DNA of 62,279 nt, counting the filler, from Stramenopiles sp. TOSAG23-3 (taxonomy: Eukaryota), in the NCBI GenBank assembly GCA_900128585.1. It is 22 parts of 22 records of this genome, joined end to end, with 100 filler letters (N's around TTAATTAATTAA, not from the genome) between each part and the next. Parts side by side here need not be neighbours in the genome. Positions count along the whole stretch, not along the records: positions 42,617 to 45,347 come from LT644623.1; positions 45,448 to 48,171 come from LT644624.1; positions 48,272 to 50,995 come from LT644625.1; positions 51,096 to 53,818 come from LT644626.1; positions 53,919 to 56,639 come from LT644627.1; 17 more parts are not named here. The stretch is one strand, 5' to 3'. A program made the translations under genes and the position numbers. Numbering within the stretch: position 1 is the stretch's first letter; the number at the start of each line of letters is the position of its first letter. The notes below the pieces were generated by a model. The model searched no databases. It was not told the origin of the DNA and saw nothing but the letters and a program-made list of their open reading frames with translations. Shown here in pieces: positions 43,026-55,902 of the stretch.

Positions 43026-44912
43026 TTATATTGGGAATTTCTCATAATAGTTAGTCAGTAAACGATCTGCTTTTATTCGTTTGCAAAGTCCGCTCAATCC
43101 ACCGGGGAGATGACTCCCGTAGACTTGTCCTACCCGGTCACATGCAATTTCTGCAGATGTATGCATCACCAATTTACCCATTGCCAGCCAAAAAGACTTT
43201 CGCCATTGATACCGGTGTTTAACTTGTTTCTTGTTGCGTTCAGCCATACTAAGCTTGCTTGCTGGTTTATTACCTGATATTCCAAATTGCCACTCTGCCC
43301 ATAACTGTGAAAGAGTTTTACAATCAGCCAAGTCAGCATTCCCGTTAACATTCCCATTATCATTGGAAACATTTCCAGTACGAAACGAAATGACACGATC
43401 AACTGATTGTGACAAATTATCCACACGGTGATTCAGTGATTTGAATCGTTTTGCATTTAATTGGCTTTCTCGTTCATTTTGCCGTTTCAGGGAGCGCACT
43501 TCAGATATTAATAGTTCCACTTTGTCTTCCATATCACCAGTCATACTACCATCGTTTAAATCATCAATCACATTTACTAAATTCCGGTTTATATGAATCC
43601 GGACACGTTGCCGTGAAGGCTGAAAATTGACATGTGCCATTTGATAATCTGTAATTCGCTGTTTAAGATCTGAGGACAACAGCTCGGAGGCAATGGTATC
43701 TTTGCTTGCCCAGATCACTGCAGCAGTTAAGATTTCTTGTACTCCTGGACTTAAGACCTTTCCAGCGGGCAAAATAATATCACATATCGTAGCAGTTAGA
43801 TTTTGCACTTCATATCGACAGGGACCCAATGGGCCAGCAAGGCATTCTGCAGCTTGATAATCGTACCCTTTATTAAGCCGCTTGTGGTACAGACTCGATG
43901 CTTGCCGATCCTCATTTGACTGCCATCGTCCACGTTGTACGGAGATTGCCCGGTGCAGTTGGCAATCCTGCATCTCCTCGCAAGCTTTCTTTCTTACACT
44001 GTGAGTGCTACAATTTTTTATATTCTCTTGAGCATTGATACGTTGTAATCGAATCCGCACGGAAGCTTTTGTGAGCTTCACATCTCGAGCAATCCTGAAC
44101 AATCCGGGTAGAAGGGGTTCCGCATGTTGTTTGAGAAACCATCCAGGCACTTCTGGTTCCACAACTGGTATTTCACGATCCTGATGCTTTGTCAGTGCAT
44201 CGTGATCACACATTGCCCCAACATATGCACCAATTGCAATCAGTGGGCATAGCATACTGTCCATACTGCCCACTACCAACTGCCAATACGTTGCCTCCTC
44301 AGCATATATGTTTTTAGACCAACTAAGTTTCACTTCAATCAAACCATGTTGATATGACTTTCTAATCTCATCAACATCAACCATAATCATGTCGTCAATA
44401 CGACCTGCTAACGAGTTTTGCAGCACTACCAAAGCTGAGAAAACAAATCGCACAATTTCTTTTTCACGCTTCATTACTTTTTTTTTTCCTCTTTTTATGA
44501 CGGCATTGAACTCATCACACGTATATGCACGCACAGCACGGCTTCGCGCTCCTTGCTTCCGTGCTTCTGCTTGCTTGATTTTTTTAATGACAACACCAAT
44601 CGCCTTTGACCGTGTTGGATTTCCTTCTTTTCGGATTGAATTCCATTGATTTTCATTCAGCGGCATGTAAAAGGATATTGCACGCTTATAGGCTAGGAGG
44701 CTGTTGGCACGACGTCCAGTGGGTTTGTCTTCAGGCGCAGGTGTTTCAGTACCATATGCAAGATATTTCAAATACCTTGCAACGTCCATAGGCTGTATTT
44801 CAAGGAGTGTTTTCACATTTATCAAGCTCATGTTCTGAAATTCGTGCCCAGTTTGTTTTACAGTAATGTAAAACGTTTGCAAGCTTTGTTTCATTACCGG
44901 GTGTCTTGCCAA
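43026..44912 (-). mobile_element. Crypton (CryptonS-like) tyrosine recombinase with a C-terminal GCR1_C-like domain
   Basis: YKRAISFYMP, GNPTRS, GRIDD (Arg), STHSVRK (HxxR), GRW, SSLY (Tyr); LWAEWQFGISGNKPA...YQWRKSFW. Confidence 0.85.
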
Positions 44913-45258
44913 AGTGATATGTTAAAAATGCACTTAACGGTTTATAGTAATCGTGTTCATTGGTATTTTTTTTTACCATTGTTCCAAGTGGTATCAGTGG
45001 TATATGCTTTTTGTACAGTTTTTGTTTTAAAACTTTAAATTGTTAATGCTCACATGGAGATTTGTTACAAATTAACGGTACCAGTGCATTCCTTTGAACC
45101 AAACGTCATCTCACACTCATACATCTTTTTATTATAATGTATAATATATATAGTAATAGTAAAATGAACATACATCATTATTATTGTTATAAAAAATGTT
45201 TAACAGGTATATAGCATCGTTATTATTCTGTTGCCTATCAAGTAGATTTATAAAATTC

Positions 45259-45347
45259 TGTTGCAGGTATTTAGGAACAAAGCACAGGGAAAATTTTAAT
45301 TTTTTAATTATACTTTTAAGACGTTATTCCTAGTGTAAGAATCACAT
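45259..45347 (-). repeat. 89-bp segment shared with 29155-29243
   Basis: 84/89 identical; runs to the contig end. Confidence 0.95.
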
Positions 45348-45447
45348 NNNNNNNNNNNNNNNNNNNNNNNNNNNNNNNNNNNNNNNNNNNNTTAATTAAT
45401 TAANNNNNNNNNNNNNNNNNNNNNNNNNNNNNNNNNNNNNNNNNNNN

Positions 45448-47229
45448 TTCGTACGAAATGGTCCCTTTTCCAGTTTTGTCGAACGTTTTGAAGAGTGCTT
45501 CGATGTCTGTATCGCTGACGTTCATTAGCCCTAGCTTCCACCGGATGGCCTTCTGAAACTCTTGCAGATCAAGTTCTCCGCTATCATCTTCATCAAATTC
45601 TTTAAAAAATTTTCGCAGAATGTGGGGGCTTGTCATCGCCCATTGCCCGCATGCAGTTCCCTTTGCTTTCTGCTCCAACTTGTCTTGTAGCAAACTTTGC
45701 AAGCGCTTGACACCGATGTGCTGAACAACGGTATGTTTCTTCTTTTTATGGCGCCCACCCCCAATAAAGAAGTTATTGTCAGTGGCTTCGACGTTTTTGT
45801 TCAACTCACTCGCAAATTCATCAAAATCAATGAGCCCGCTGCCGTCTTGGTCAATCTTCTTGAAGAGGATTCCCATGGCTCGGTCCATGCCGATTCCTAA
45901 GTTGGCGTTTCTCAAACAGGCTTTGAATTGGTACAGAGAAACCTCGCCGTTTCCAGCCGCGCCCATTTTTCGGAACGCCTCGCGCATATTTTTCTGCTGC
46001 TCCAAGTACGTTCGCAATTGGTTTTTTAGCTTCGGAAGGTGTTCGTCTGCTCCACCTTGAGGGTCTCCGTGGGGAAAGTCAATGATTCCACGTCCTTCAT
46101 GAAAGTCTTGGGGCAGTACCTGGGCACTAAACTCCTCGTAAGTTATGTTTCCATCCCCGTCTTGGTCGTATTCGTCCATGAGAGCATTCATGTCTTTCGA
46201 GCTTATATTTTCGAGGCCCAATTTTTCGCGCAACGCCGCTGCAAACCTGTCTCGCGGCAACTCCCCATTGCTATTCGGGTTGAAGAGTTTGAAGAAGCCC
46301 TTGAGTACGTGCGGGTTCACTGTTGCCCACTTTCCCGTGGATGGGCCCCTCACACGCTGCTCAACTTTGTGCTTTACCACTTCCTTTACGCGCTTAAGTC
46401 CGATACTTGGAATTTTATCATAGCGAGACTTTGCCCCCGCTTTTCCTTGGTTAAAGGCTACATCGAAAGTACCGTCATCGTTCTTTTGCACGATGTTTGC
46501 CGGGCGGTACTCGTTGCGACTGTGTGACCTTGCTTCGACGCTGTCGCCGACGGTGAGCTTCCGTGGTTCGCGGGCACTTTGGGGGCGCTGCCTACCATTC
46601 GACTTTGAGCTACCCGCCGTTTTTCGAGACGCTTGGCTCGTTGTGCTCCGCGCGCTCTGTGGACGAACCCTGCGAACCACTTTCCGGGGGCGTAGGTCGG
46701 CCGTGGTTACGTACAGTTTATCTAAGGCGTTGCGAATGGGGCTGTAATCATAATGCCTAGCCTGCCGCCGGTACCCCGCGCTTCTCGGACGCTGCCGGCT
46801 GTCAGCGGACGATGACGCGCGCGAGCTTCGGGCGCTTTGCGGTCGGCTGCTCCGGGCGCTTTGGGGTCGACTCCGCGTGGCGCTTCGCGAGCGGGCGCTT
46901 GGCGGTCGGCTACCGGCACGACTTGGAGCACGAACACTAGCGGCACTGGGTGGGCGCCCCGCATCCAAAACGTTCACGTCCTCGCCCTGTTGTTCCACTT
47001 CGCTGTTTTCAACAACCTTCCCCAATCCATTGTTCGCTAATAATTCGTTGACTGCGGCGTCTGTTTTCTCCTCCAAAGCTTTGGTCGGTGCAAAACCACC
47101 GCCATGCTTTATTTGCAACTCTTTGAACATAGCGTCCTTCATTTCTTCCTTCTGGAGGAGACGGATGAGCAATTCCTTTTTCCTAGAATGAGCCAGCATG
47201 GCATTGTTGAATTCTTCGTTAACAGACAT
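45448..47229 (-). CDS. Multi-EF-hand calcium-binding protein with RPxSAR repeats and a Tudor/Agenet-like module, 3' partial
   Basis: DQDGDGNITYEE, DQDGSGLIDFDE, DEDDSGELDLQE; LTVGDSVEAR...NDDGTFDVAF. Confidence 0.85.
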
Positions 47230-48129
47230 ATTGGTCTCTTAATATATATCTAAATAGAAATGCAAATTTACAAATATTTCTTCTTTCTTTCGCACAATTT
47301 CTACCTTCTTTTCCAAGACCTGCAAAAACTTCTTTGCTTTCCTTTTTGTTGTGGGTACATTTATTTCTTGGAACATGCATACTTTTGTCTTTTGGATGTA
47401 TGTATACCAAGAGGGTGAATGTAAAAAGTGCGCAAATTCTAGTCTCCCCTATATAATATAATTCATTCTTTCTAGAGTGTTATAATAATAATAATTTAGA
47501 TGTTGTGATCATGTTAATTATATTTATTATACAAAAAAATGTGATATTATTATATGGAGGAGAGAGGGGATCGAATTGTTTATATTGTATATTGAAATCG
47601 ATGCTATCATTATGTTAATATATTTATGAGTGAAACGTCTTTTTTTTAATCCTCGTTTTAGTTATTTTTAGCTATATCCAATACTAAACTAGTACTAGTA
47701 TCAAGACGACTAGTATGATAATTGTATTATATTTATTGCTCAAACAAAGGATTCCATTTAGATAGATATTTTAAGTAGTAGTGATACATACTATTGTTAT
47801 ATTAATTAGCCTTACATATTTGTAGAATGGGTACGTATAATAAATATAACAACGTCTCTACGTGTAGAGCTTTGGCTGTAAGTAAAACGCCCGAAATAAA
47901 GTTACTTTATAAAAAATTAAAAAGAAATATAACTATAAATAATATACTGTAGCTTATTATTATACTAGTCTAAAGTAACAAATCGGACAGGAGGACTTTG
48001 TTTCAGTTTAATGAAATTTTGATTTTTGTCTGTTAAACGTCACACCACACCGGATCTCTCCTCTCTCTCCTTTTTTTTATTGTTTCCTTGGTAGGAGGAG
48101 ACATTGTTCTTGAACTGACACCTTCTTTT

Positions 48130-48170
48130 TTAAAAACAAGAAAATTGGCTGTTATTTAAGTAATTAAATT
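48130..48170 (+). repeat. Dispersed intergenic motif A
   Basis: TTAAAAACAAGAAAATTGGCTGTTATTTAAGTAATTAAATT. Confidence 0.85.
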
Positions 48171-48271
48171 TNNNNNNNNNNNNNNNNNNNNNNNNNNNNN
48201 NNNNNNNNNNNNNNNTTAATTAATTAANNNNNNNNNNNNNNNNNNNNNNNNNNNNNNNNNNNNNNNNNNNN

Positions 48272-49774
48272 AGCTCCCCCAACGAGCAGTTAAAAACAGT
48301 GTCCTTCGAAATCTTAGACAATTTACTCCAGGGAAATATAAAATTGAGCGTTCGCAACATTCTGTCCCTCCTGCTGCGCATTGAGGAGACGCTTTTGATA
48401 ATTCAAGATAGCAGCTTTCAAAGTAGCATCTCGACAGTATTGTCAGAGGGCAAGAACGAGAGCGAAGAAAGCAACGGGCACGATGACAACTTTATCATAA
48501 AGATGCATACTTTGGAAAATTCGTCGCTATTTCAAGGGCTTCGGCTGAAGGAGATGAACGAGGTCGCTGCAGTTGTGACGACCTTGTCTGTGAAAAAGGG
48601 AGATGTTCTGAGTTACGACGACGAAAAAATTTACATCATTGTGAGTGGGAAGTTTAGGGTCAAAGAGGGGGAAAGCTCAATGGAGGCAACGACTGGCCAG
48701 TCCATAGGAGAGCCCCCCCTTTCGAGCTTTTTCTCGACGTTTCTACCGCCAATGTCTTCCCCCACCAATACCTCGAGAAATTTGTCCCGGGAGATGGTGA
48801 ATACGTACGAGGGTTCTGCCAAAGCACTGACTAACTGCCTGGTTCTTCAGCTGACGCATGCGGCGCTCGGTGTCTTATTGACAGAAAATTCTAGAGTGCT
48901 GCAAGGGATTTTGAGGACGCTGCTTTTAGGACTTCGAGACTGTGTTCTCTTGCAGCTGCGAGGCAAAGGAGAGATTCAGGACAGTGACGTTGCATTGCAG
49001 GGAATTTTAAAAAGGCATGTACTAAATGCAAAAAATATGGAACAAAAATCACCGAGAGAGTTGGCTCAGCCAGGTTTTGTGGCCGGGTCAAAATTGGCCA
49101 AGTGCATTAAATTGTCCCGAACCCAAGTTTTCGCTGCTTTGGACCACAATTTGATCGAAGAACTCTCTCTGATTGCAGAAGAAAAAATATACTACGCTGG
49201 CGACATTATCTATCGCGAAGGGGACTCTGCAGACACTATTTACGTTGCCGAGCGCGGCTCTATCTCCGAAGAATCGGGGGATGAATTTTACGCAAGAACA
49301 AATTACCCGCGAGAGCTTTATGGTGAGTTGGCCCTGCTACCCCAGTCGACCAGAACAAAAACAGTGTACGTATGCAAGAAGAGAGGCAGTATCAAAGTGC
49401 TTAAATTTTCATCCAAACCACTTCTTGGGCTCATGGCTCGATTTCGAAAAATAAGCCAGGCAATATGCGTCATTGTTGCCTCCCGTTTAGAGATTGAATT
49501 GGCGGCGTTGCGCAATTACGTAAGTCCAAAGGGCAGCAACCCAAAGCGAACGGGCGGAGAACCTGCTGGCTTTCACAGACGATCAAGAACACACAATTTG
49601 ACCATCGATTTAGAATCGATCAAAGAGTTGCAAAGCAGTGCATACACCCAGGACGACGTATTGGTCGGGGGGCAAGAGAGTGCAGTGGAAATGTTAAAGC
49701 CGCCACTTTCCCTGACACGTGCATTCAGCAGCAATGCTGGGCTGAGGCGGAGGAGAAGGACACACATGATGTAA
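48272..49774 (+). CDS. Protein with two cyclic-nucleotide-binding domains, 5' partial
   Basis: IYIIVSGKF..GQSIGE; GDIIYREGDSADTIYVAERG..LYGELALL..RT. Confidence 0.82.
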   Translation, partial: SSPNEQLKTVSFEILDNLLQGNIKLSVRNILSLLLRIEETLLIIQDSSFQSSISTVLSEGKNESEESNGHDDNFIIKMHTLENSSLFQGLRLKEMNEVAAVVTTLSVKKGDVLSYDDEKIYIIVSGKFRVKEGESSMEATTGQSIGEPPLSSFFSTFLPPMSSPTNTSRNLSREMVNTYEGSAKALTNCLVLQLTHAALGVLLTENSRVLQGILRTLLLGLRDCVLLQLRGKGEIQDSDVALQGILKRHVLNAKNMEQKSPRELAQPGFVAGSKLAKCIKLSRTQVFAALDHNLIEELSLIAEEKIYYAGDIIYREGDSADTIYVAERGSISEESGDEFYARTNYPRELYGELALLPQSTRTKTVYVCKKRGSIKVLKFSSKPLLGLMARFRKISQAICVIVASRLEIELAALRNYVSPKGSNPKRTGGEPAGFHRRSRTHNLTIDLESIKELQSSAYTQDDVLVGGQESAVEMLKPPLSLTRAFSSNAGLRRRRRTHMM

Positions 49775-49913
49775 TATGGAGGGTGCGTGCGTATTTTTAA
49801 CGGTTTCTGTACAAACATTCTTTACGCACAAGTACTTCATTTTATACGAAAAGACTCTCAGTAAATTAAGGTTCTACCTTTCGAGAGAGAGACCCAACCT
49901 TTGCACGCTTTTT

Positions 49914-50744
49914 TTACAGGCTGGGGGTGGATTCTGGCAGCATCCCTAGCAGTTCTTTTGCCACATCTTGCAGCTCTTCGTCCGAAGCACTGTGCTCCAG
50001 GCCTGCATAAGTTTTCATACCAATGTCTTCCGCTCCAGCGGCTTTGATTATATCATAAGATTCTTTGGCAAGTGACGGGGGCACAACATTATCCTGTTCT
50101 CCATGAAATATTCTAATCGGCGACTTGAATGCATGGTCGGTGCGCCAATCCGAAAACGTTTTTGGGTGAGGAAGGTAGCCACTGCAGCAGCAAATCCCTG
50201 CGGATTGAAAAGGTAGGTGAAAACTGGAATATAGAGACAGCGCCGCACCCTGACTAAAGCCAGCAAGAACAATTCTTGATCCATCGATACCATTCTTTAC
50301 TTCACTCTCAACAATATCTAATATTATATCCTTCGAATCGTTCAGGCCTTCATAAGGCTCCATGCTTCTATCGCTATGGCCCTCGATGTCGTACCATGAC
50401 GGCATAACAAAACCGTTGTTGATCGACACTGGTTTTGAGGAAGCAGTTGGAAGTATGAACTTTACGTGGTCTAGTTTCTGCATGCTAGCTATCGCCCAGA
50501 CGCCAGGTGCCCACCCATTTGCCATATCTCCCAAGCCATGAGAAAAAACTACAGTGGCGCTGTGTTCGGAACGTTCCTTTATCGGCGTAAAGGTAATGCA
50601 CCCGTTCGCCTGGTCAACTTCTACGTCGTGGTGTTGCACCCCTCCCGTCGAGAACTGCATTGCCATGCTCCTCTTTTTCTTTGACAAATTCAAACTTGTT
50701 AAGAATCTCCGTCCAATCATACTATGACAATTAAATCTTATCAT
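49914..50744 (-). CDS. LYPLA1: Acyl-protein thioesterase/lysophospholipase (APT1-like)
   Basis: HGLGD, MPSWYDI, GFSQG, HGEQDNVVP, YAGLEHS. Confidence 0.92.
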   Translation of the reverse strand: MIRFNCHSMIGRRFLTSLNLSKKKRSMAMQFSTGGVQHHDVEVDQANGCITFTPIKERSEHSATVVFSHGLGDMANGWAPGVWAIASMQKLDHVKFILPTASSKPVSINNGFVMPSWYDIEGHSDRSMEPYEGLNDSKDIILDIVESEVKNGIDGSRIVLAGFSQGAALSLYSSFHLPFQSAGICCCSGYLPHPKTFSDWRTDHAFKSPIRIFHGEQDNVVPPSLAKESYDIIKAAGAEDIGMKTYAGLEHSASDEELQDVAKELLGMLPESTPSL

Positions 50745-51095
50745 CTACTTGAACCCGTTAACAAGTGAATACATAATTTTCTTTCCATTTGTTGTATAAG
50801 CATTTCATCAGTGAAGTTATCTAATAGTCGGCTAACTGGTAGCACGGTTCCGAATAATAAATACCGTGATGATATAAAAATAAAAAATAAAATAATAATG
50901 AATGAGAAGAAGAGAAAGAAGTGGCATTTATTAGGAGAATTTCTTCTTTCTTTCTTTTTTCCTCCCTTCTTCTTCTTCTTCTTCTTCTTCTTCTTNNNNN
51001 NNNNNNNNNNNNNNNNNNNNNNNNNNNNNNNNNNNNNNNTTAATTAATTAANNNNNNNNNNNNNNNNNNNNNNNNNNNNNNNNNNNNNNNNNNNN

Positions 51096-51174
51096 ATACA
51101 AGTGGACGCTCAATGTATCGATGATAGCCTCGTTTAAATTCGCCCATATCTATAATTAATATATTTTGTTGAAT
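51096..51174 (+). repeat. 79-bp exact inverted copy of the contig end (53740-53818)
   Basis: Exact reverse complement. Confidence 0.95.
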
Positions 51175-51297
51175 ACTTCGTTGACAAAGATTGATTTGAG
51201 CAGTAACAACATTGGTGCTGAAGGGGCAAAATATGTTGCAGAGGCGTTGAAAGTGAATACTTCGTTGACAGAGGACAATATTATATTAGACGAGTAG
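51169..51297 (+). pseudogene. Fragment of an NLRC3-like LRR gene
   Basis: LNTSLTKIDLSSNNIGAEGAKYVAEALKVNTSLTE, no start codon. Confidence 0.7.
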
Positions 51298-51323
51298 TAC
51301 TAGTTATATATTGTTCTCTCCAT

Positions 51324-53132
51324 CTACTTCTGCACCGCTTCCATGGCGCCCTTCATAACGTAATCCATGTACAAACAGTCTACCTCAATTGTACCCTTTG
51401 CAAGATCTGGTACTTTGAGCCCTGGTACGTCGTCAACAGTGATTTGCTTCCCACCAATGTGGCGTCCGATTACTTCCGTGGCTGACAAAATGCTGCCAGT
51501 TTGACTTACAGGTATCCCTAGCTTCTTCCACTTGTGGGTCGACATCTTCAGGCTCGACAGAGTTTTGTGCCCCTCGTATATGGCGTTAATGCGCTCGTTT
51601 GCAAAATGGTACCTCTCCTCCCCCACTATTCCCGCTTCAAACCCAGACTGTGTCAAGCGCTCGTCGGCATTATCCGACCTCAAATGAAGTCTGTGCTCAG
51701 CCCGGGAGGAAAACATCCGGTATGGTTCGTTTGCACCATTGGTGACGAGATCGTCGATTAGCACCCCGATCATGGCCTCGTCGCGCTTCAAAGTGAACTC
51801 GCGGGGGTCGTCCCCGTGGTGCGCGCGGCTGCCTTTCAGCCTCAATCCCGCGTTGCTTCCTGCAACGATGCCTTGGGCGCCCGCTTCTTCGTAACCAGTT
51901 GTCCCATTTATTTGACCGGCTAAAAACAGGCCTTTCACGCTCTTGGTCTCCAAGGTGTGCCTCAGCGCTCTAGGGTCGACGTAGTCGTACTCTACGGAAT
52001 AACCTGGTCTCACCAATTCAGCACGGCTTAATCCTGGAATGGTTCGCACGACCGAAACTTGCACGTCTTCTGGCAATGACATGGAAATACCATTCGGGTA
52101 CACAAAGCTGGAATCAATACCTTCAGGCTCCAACCAGACGGTGTGCCCAGTGCGATCCGGAAACCGCGCTACTTTCCTGTCGAGCGAAGGGCAATAACGA
52201 GGGCCCGTGCCCTCGCCTTCGTTCGTGTCGTATTTTGGTAACAAATGTTCATTTTGCATGATCAATTGGTGCGTTTCTGGTGTTGTCCTAGTCTGAACGC
52301 AATCGACAAGTGTCTTGCCTTCTTTCAAAAATGTGTAATTCGGGTGGTTAAACAGCGACAAATAAGACATAAATTCGGGCGACTCGTCGCTCTTCTGAAC
52401 TTCGAGTCCTTCGTAATCGATCGTAGCGATGTCTAGGCGCGGAGGAGTTCCCGTGTTCAGGCGTCCCAAGTGGAACCCAAGCCGCTGAAACGTGCTAGCC
52501 AACGCAGTAGTGGGTGGCTCAACCCCGTCTTCAGAACTTCTGCGGAACCGTCCCGCGGGGAAATGTTCGGGCCCCAAATGAATCATGCCTCGCAAAAATG
52601 TGCCGGTAGTCACAACAACGGACTTGGTTGCGATCTCCTGCCCGTCAGATGTTGTGACCCCAGTTATCCGCTTCGGGATGCCCCCGTCCGCAGTACCATC
52701 GTTGGAGAAAACCAAGTCTTCCACCCCAGCTTCGTAAAACATTAAATTAGAGCTAAAATCTGGTGTATTCGTAAGCATGCTTTGAATGGCGCTCCGGTAC
52801 ATGTCCCTGTCAACTTGCACTCGTGGCCCCTGCACCGCCGGCCCCCTGCTTCTGTTCAACAACCGGAAGTGAATAGCAGCTTGGTCGGCTGCTTTCCCCA
52901 TCAACCCGTCAAGTGCGTCAATTTCTCGCACAAGTGTCCCTTTTCCAATCCCACCGATAGCAGGGTTGCACGATAGCTCTCCAACAGTATCCCATTTCTG
53001 CGAAATCAAAAGCGTTTTCGCCCCAGTCCTTGCCGACGCAGCCGCTGCTTCACAACCTGCATGACCACCTCCAATAACGACGACGTCCACGGCAAGCTTC
53101 GAGTCCCCGGCGATGCGCTTCAAAAACTGCAT
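51324..53132 (-). CDS. MTO1: Mitochondrial tRNA U34 modification enzyme MTO1 (MnmG/GidA family); C-terminus looks short
   Basis: [66 protein letters not shown]. Confidence 0.95.
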   Translation of the reverse strand: MQFLKRIAGDSKLAVDVVVIGGGHAGCEAAAASARTGAKTLLISQKWDTVGELSCNPAIGGIGKGTLVREIDALDGLMGKAADQAAIHFRLLNRSRGPAVQGPRVQVDRDMYRSAIQSMLTNTPDFSSNLMFYEAGVEDLVFSNDGTADGGIPKRITGVTTSDGQEIATKSVVVTTGTFLRGMIHLGPEHFPAGRFRRSSEDGVEPPTTALASTFQRLGFHLGRLNTGTPPRLDIATIDYEGLEVQKSDESPEFMSYLSLFNHPNYTFLKEGKTLVDCVQTRTTPETHQLIMQNEHLLPKYDTNEGEGTGPRYCPSLDRKVARFPDRTGHTVWLEPEGIDSSFVYPNGISMSLPEDVQVSVVRTIPGLSRAELVRPGYSVEYDYVDPRALRHTLETKSVKGLFLAGQINGTTGYEEAGAQGIVAGSNAGLRLKGSRAHHGDDPREFTLKRDEAMIGVLIDDLVTNGANEPYRMFSSRAEHRLHLRSDNADERLTQSGFEAGIVGEERYHFANERINAIYEGHKTLSSLKMSTHKWKKLGIPVSQTGSILSATEVIGRHIGGKQITVDDVPGLKVPDLAKGTIEVDCLYMDYVMKGAMEAVQK

Positions 53133-53918
53133 CTCAAAAAATATCTAAATCCTACCACGCCCCTTGCATTCATTCCTCAACGAGTATCTTTGCACGAAAT
53201 AGTGGATTGGAATCATCCTTCAAATGTTTTAATTGACACTTTTCCATTTGCATTGTTTCCTCTTAATCAATCGTTCGTTTTTGTTGTTTTTTTTTTATTA
53301 AATAAATAAAAAAATAATAATAAAAAAAAAAATTTTTTAAAATAATAATTAATTAAAAAAGGTCATCAGCAGTCTAACGCTGTGCTTATGATAACAACTA
53401 TAATTCCAATAATAATATAATACGTAGGACACAGCATTCGTTAGGACTAACATAGTTATCCCTATATAATATATATACTACTTTGTCGTATTCGAATAGC
53501 TTCCATCTTTTTTCTTCTTCTTTCTTCTTCTTCTCAATATTCTCAATCAATCAATAGCTAACACAACAACAACAATGTTTGTTATTTATTCGTCGCCCAC
53601 ATCGAACGAAGGACGAAGGACGACGAAGGAAGAACGAACACACGTCGGATCGGGGACGACTAATAATTAATTTGTTCTTCGCGATGTTCGATTTGGTGGT
53701 GGTAAGTATTATAATGAATGTTTTCAGTGTGATAATTACATTCAACAAAATATATTAATTATAGATATGGGCGAATTTAAACGAGGCTATCATCGATACA
53801 TTGAGCGTCCACTTGTATNNNNNNNNNNNNNNNNNNNNNNNNNNNNNNNNNNNNNNNNNNNNTTAATTAATTAANNNNNNNNNNNNNNNNNNNNNNNNNN
53901 NNNNNNNNNNNNNNNNNN

Positions 53919-55902
53919 AGAGCAGGTCGAAAAGTTGGTCTATCCTGTTGCTGTTTTCTGAAACGTTCACCAACCACATGTTGGCAGGAATCGGGGCAAA
54001 CACGTCGTTCACCTCCGCCATCACGGTGACAGGAATATCCTCCCCTTTGCTGCCTATATTGTAAAAATGAACCTCCGAGTCGAACGTTACGAGCCCGAAC
54101 AGCGATTGGCTTTCCCCATCGCCTATTTCCGACATGCAGTCTTTTACAATGCTCATTGTTTCCTTCAGCGCCCCCGTCGCAATTGAATTTGGAGACACAT
54201 CGAGGACAAAAACGTAGGTTGGGATTTGCTTAGGCCGAGCGCAGTACGTGTCCGGGACCAGCAAATCCACGGTGCCACTGCTCAGCTCGGGCCGGCTGCC
54301 CCTATCGTATCGATTCCCGTACCCATCCAAAGAACTGCGATATTCTGGTGGGACATTGTTCAATTTTTCGCACAGACTACACCGCCACACGCGACCGTCG
54401 TCTTCGAACACAGAAAATGAACTGACGTAGCCTCCGCACCGCGTGCACCGCACAGGACCACCATCTCTGGAAAAGTCCGCAGTTGGAACCGTCTGTTCTG
54501 ATCGGACTGCGGGGGCCAATGGGCGTATGAACGCACCAAACGGTATTCCTGACTGTTTCAAAATTTCTTGGGAACGGGGCACGTGCTTGACAGACATTCT
54601 AATGAAGCTGGGGGCAGTTTCTCCTTCGTCGGAAGAGTCGACAGGGTTTAGGGACGAGGGTATAAGCACTTTTGCGGCTTTGGTTTTGAACAGGGTGACC
54701 TTTCTATCAAACTTTGGCCGTGGAATTTGCCGGGGGTCTATGCGGTTGTCCCGCTTTGGCTTCGCAATCCCGGAGGGCGACTTCGTGGCTGCTTTCATTT
54801 GACGCGCAGCGGTCGCCGGTGCTGTGCTTCTCCCGCCATCTAAAGGCGGACCGCTGCTTCCGGCAATCGGGGGGTGTGCGTTCGCCGGTGCCGTCCTGCT
54901 GGTGGGCGGGCCATTGGCATGGGCTACCCGGGGATCCATCATCACCGGAGGCCTAACCTGGCTCTGGAACGATGTCGGGGGCGCGCCCGTCGGTGGCGCG
55001 CGCTGGTTCGTGTAATGTGGCACTTGTCCTGCCCGGGTGCCGTGAGGGGCCGCCCCGCTATTTCCTAAGTTTTGTTGCATCATTGCACTAGTTGCAGTCA
55101 TGGGCGGATGAGAGCCGTACGTCCTCGTCGCAGGCGGTGCGCCACGGTGAACCGTTTGGGGGGGTCTCACGCTGTTGTTCGGCGCCGAGCGGGAAGGTGG
55201 CACGCCGTTGTTCGCTATTGGCGGTGCTCCCATGCTGCCGGTGGGGGGCGCTCCGCGAGAAGGCGGTGCTTCGTTCCTGAGTATTGGCGGGGCTCCCATG
55301 CTGCTGTTCCCTCCACGATAAGGCTGTGCGCCCTTGTTCGCTACGGGTGCCCCCCCCATATTATTGGGTACTCCACGAGAAGGCGGTGCTCCGTTGTTCG
55401 CTATCGGCGGGGCCCGCGTGCTGTTGGGCGCTCCACGAGAAGGCTGCGCGCCATTGCTTGCCATTGGCGCGCCCCCCATATTGTTCGGGGCACCATACGA
55501 GGGGTGTGCTGCAACGGCTGGGTTGTTGTACCGGTTTGGCGTTTGCTGCCCTTGCGTCCCAGGTGGCCCATAGCCTTGCGCGGGTTGGTTGGGTTTATGC
55601 ATTGAGTAATTGTTCGCTGGGGCAGTATGGTTGTTTCCAGGAAAGGAGAAATTGTTCTGTTGGGGTGGACCACCCGACGGCCTGTAATAGCCAGAAGGGT
55701 TGTTCGCGGCCGGCGGTCCAGAAAAATGAGGTCTTTGGTGGGACGGGGGCACGTTTCCCATCTGCGGGGCCCGAGTGGGAGGCCCGTGCACCCCATGCTG
55801 CGAACGAGGCATATTGCCAGGAGGATGAAAATTACCATTGTTCCCAAACGAGTTGCCGGCCCTTTGCGGAGGCGGCCCACCACCAAACGACCGGTTCGCC
55901 AT
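53919..55902 (-). CDS. SEC24: COPII coat subunit Sec24 (C/D-like), 3' partial
   Basis: Pro/Gly-rich N-terminus, RIDPRQIPRP, zinc finger RCTRC..WRCSLC, RPELSSGTVD, YVFVLDVS, LVTFDSEVHFY. Confidence 0.93.

Noticed and set aside
51096..53818. MTO1 (or ATG1/PMK) captured in a TIR transposon
   Set aside because: The inverted repeats are exactly 79 bp on three unrelated contigs, lie at contig ends, and one is plain kinase coding sequence; assembly/amplification artefact is more likely.
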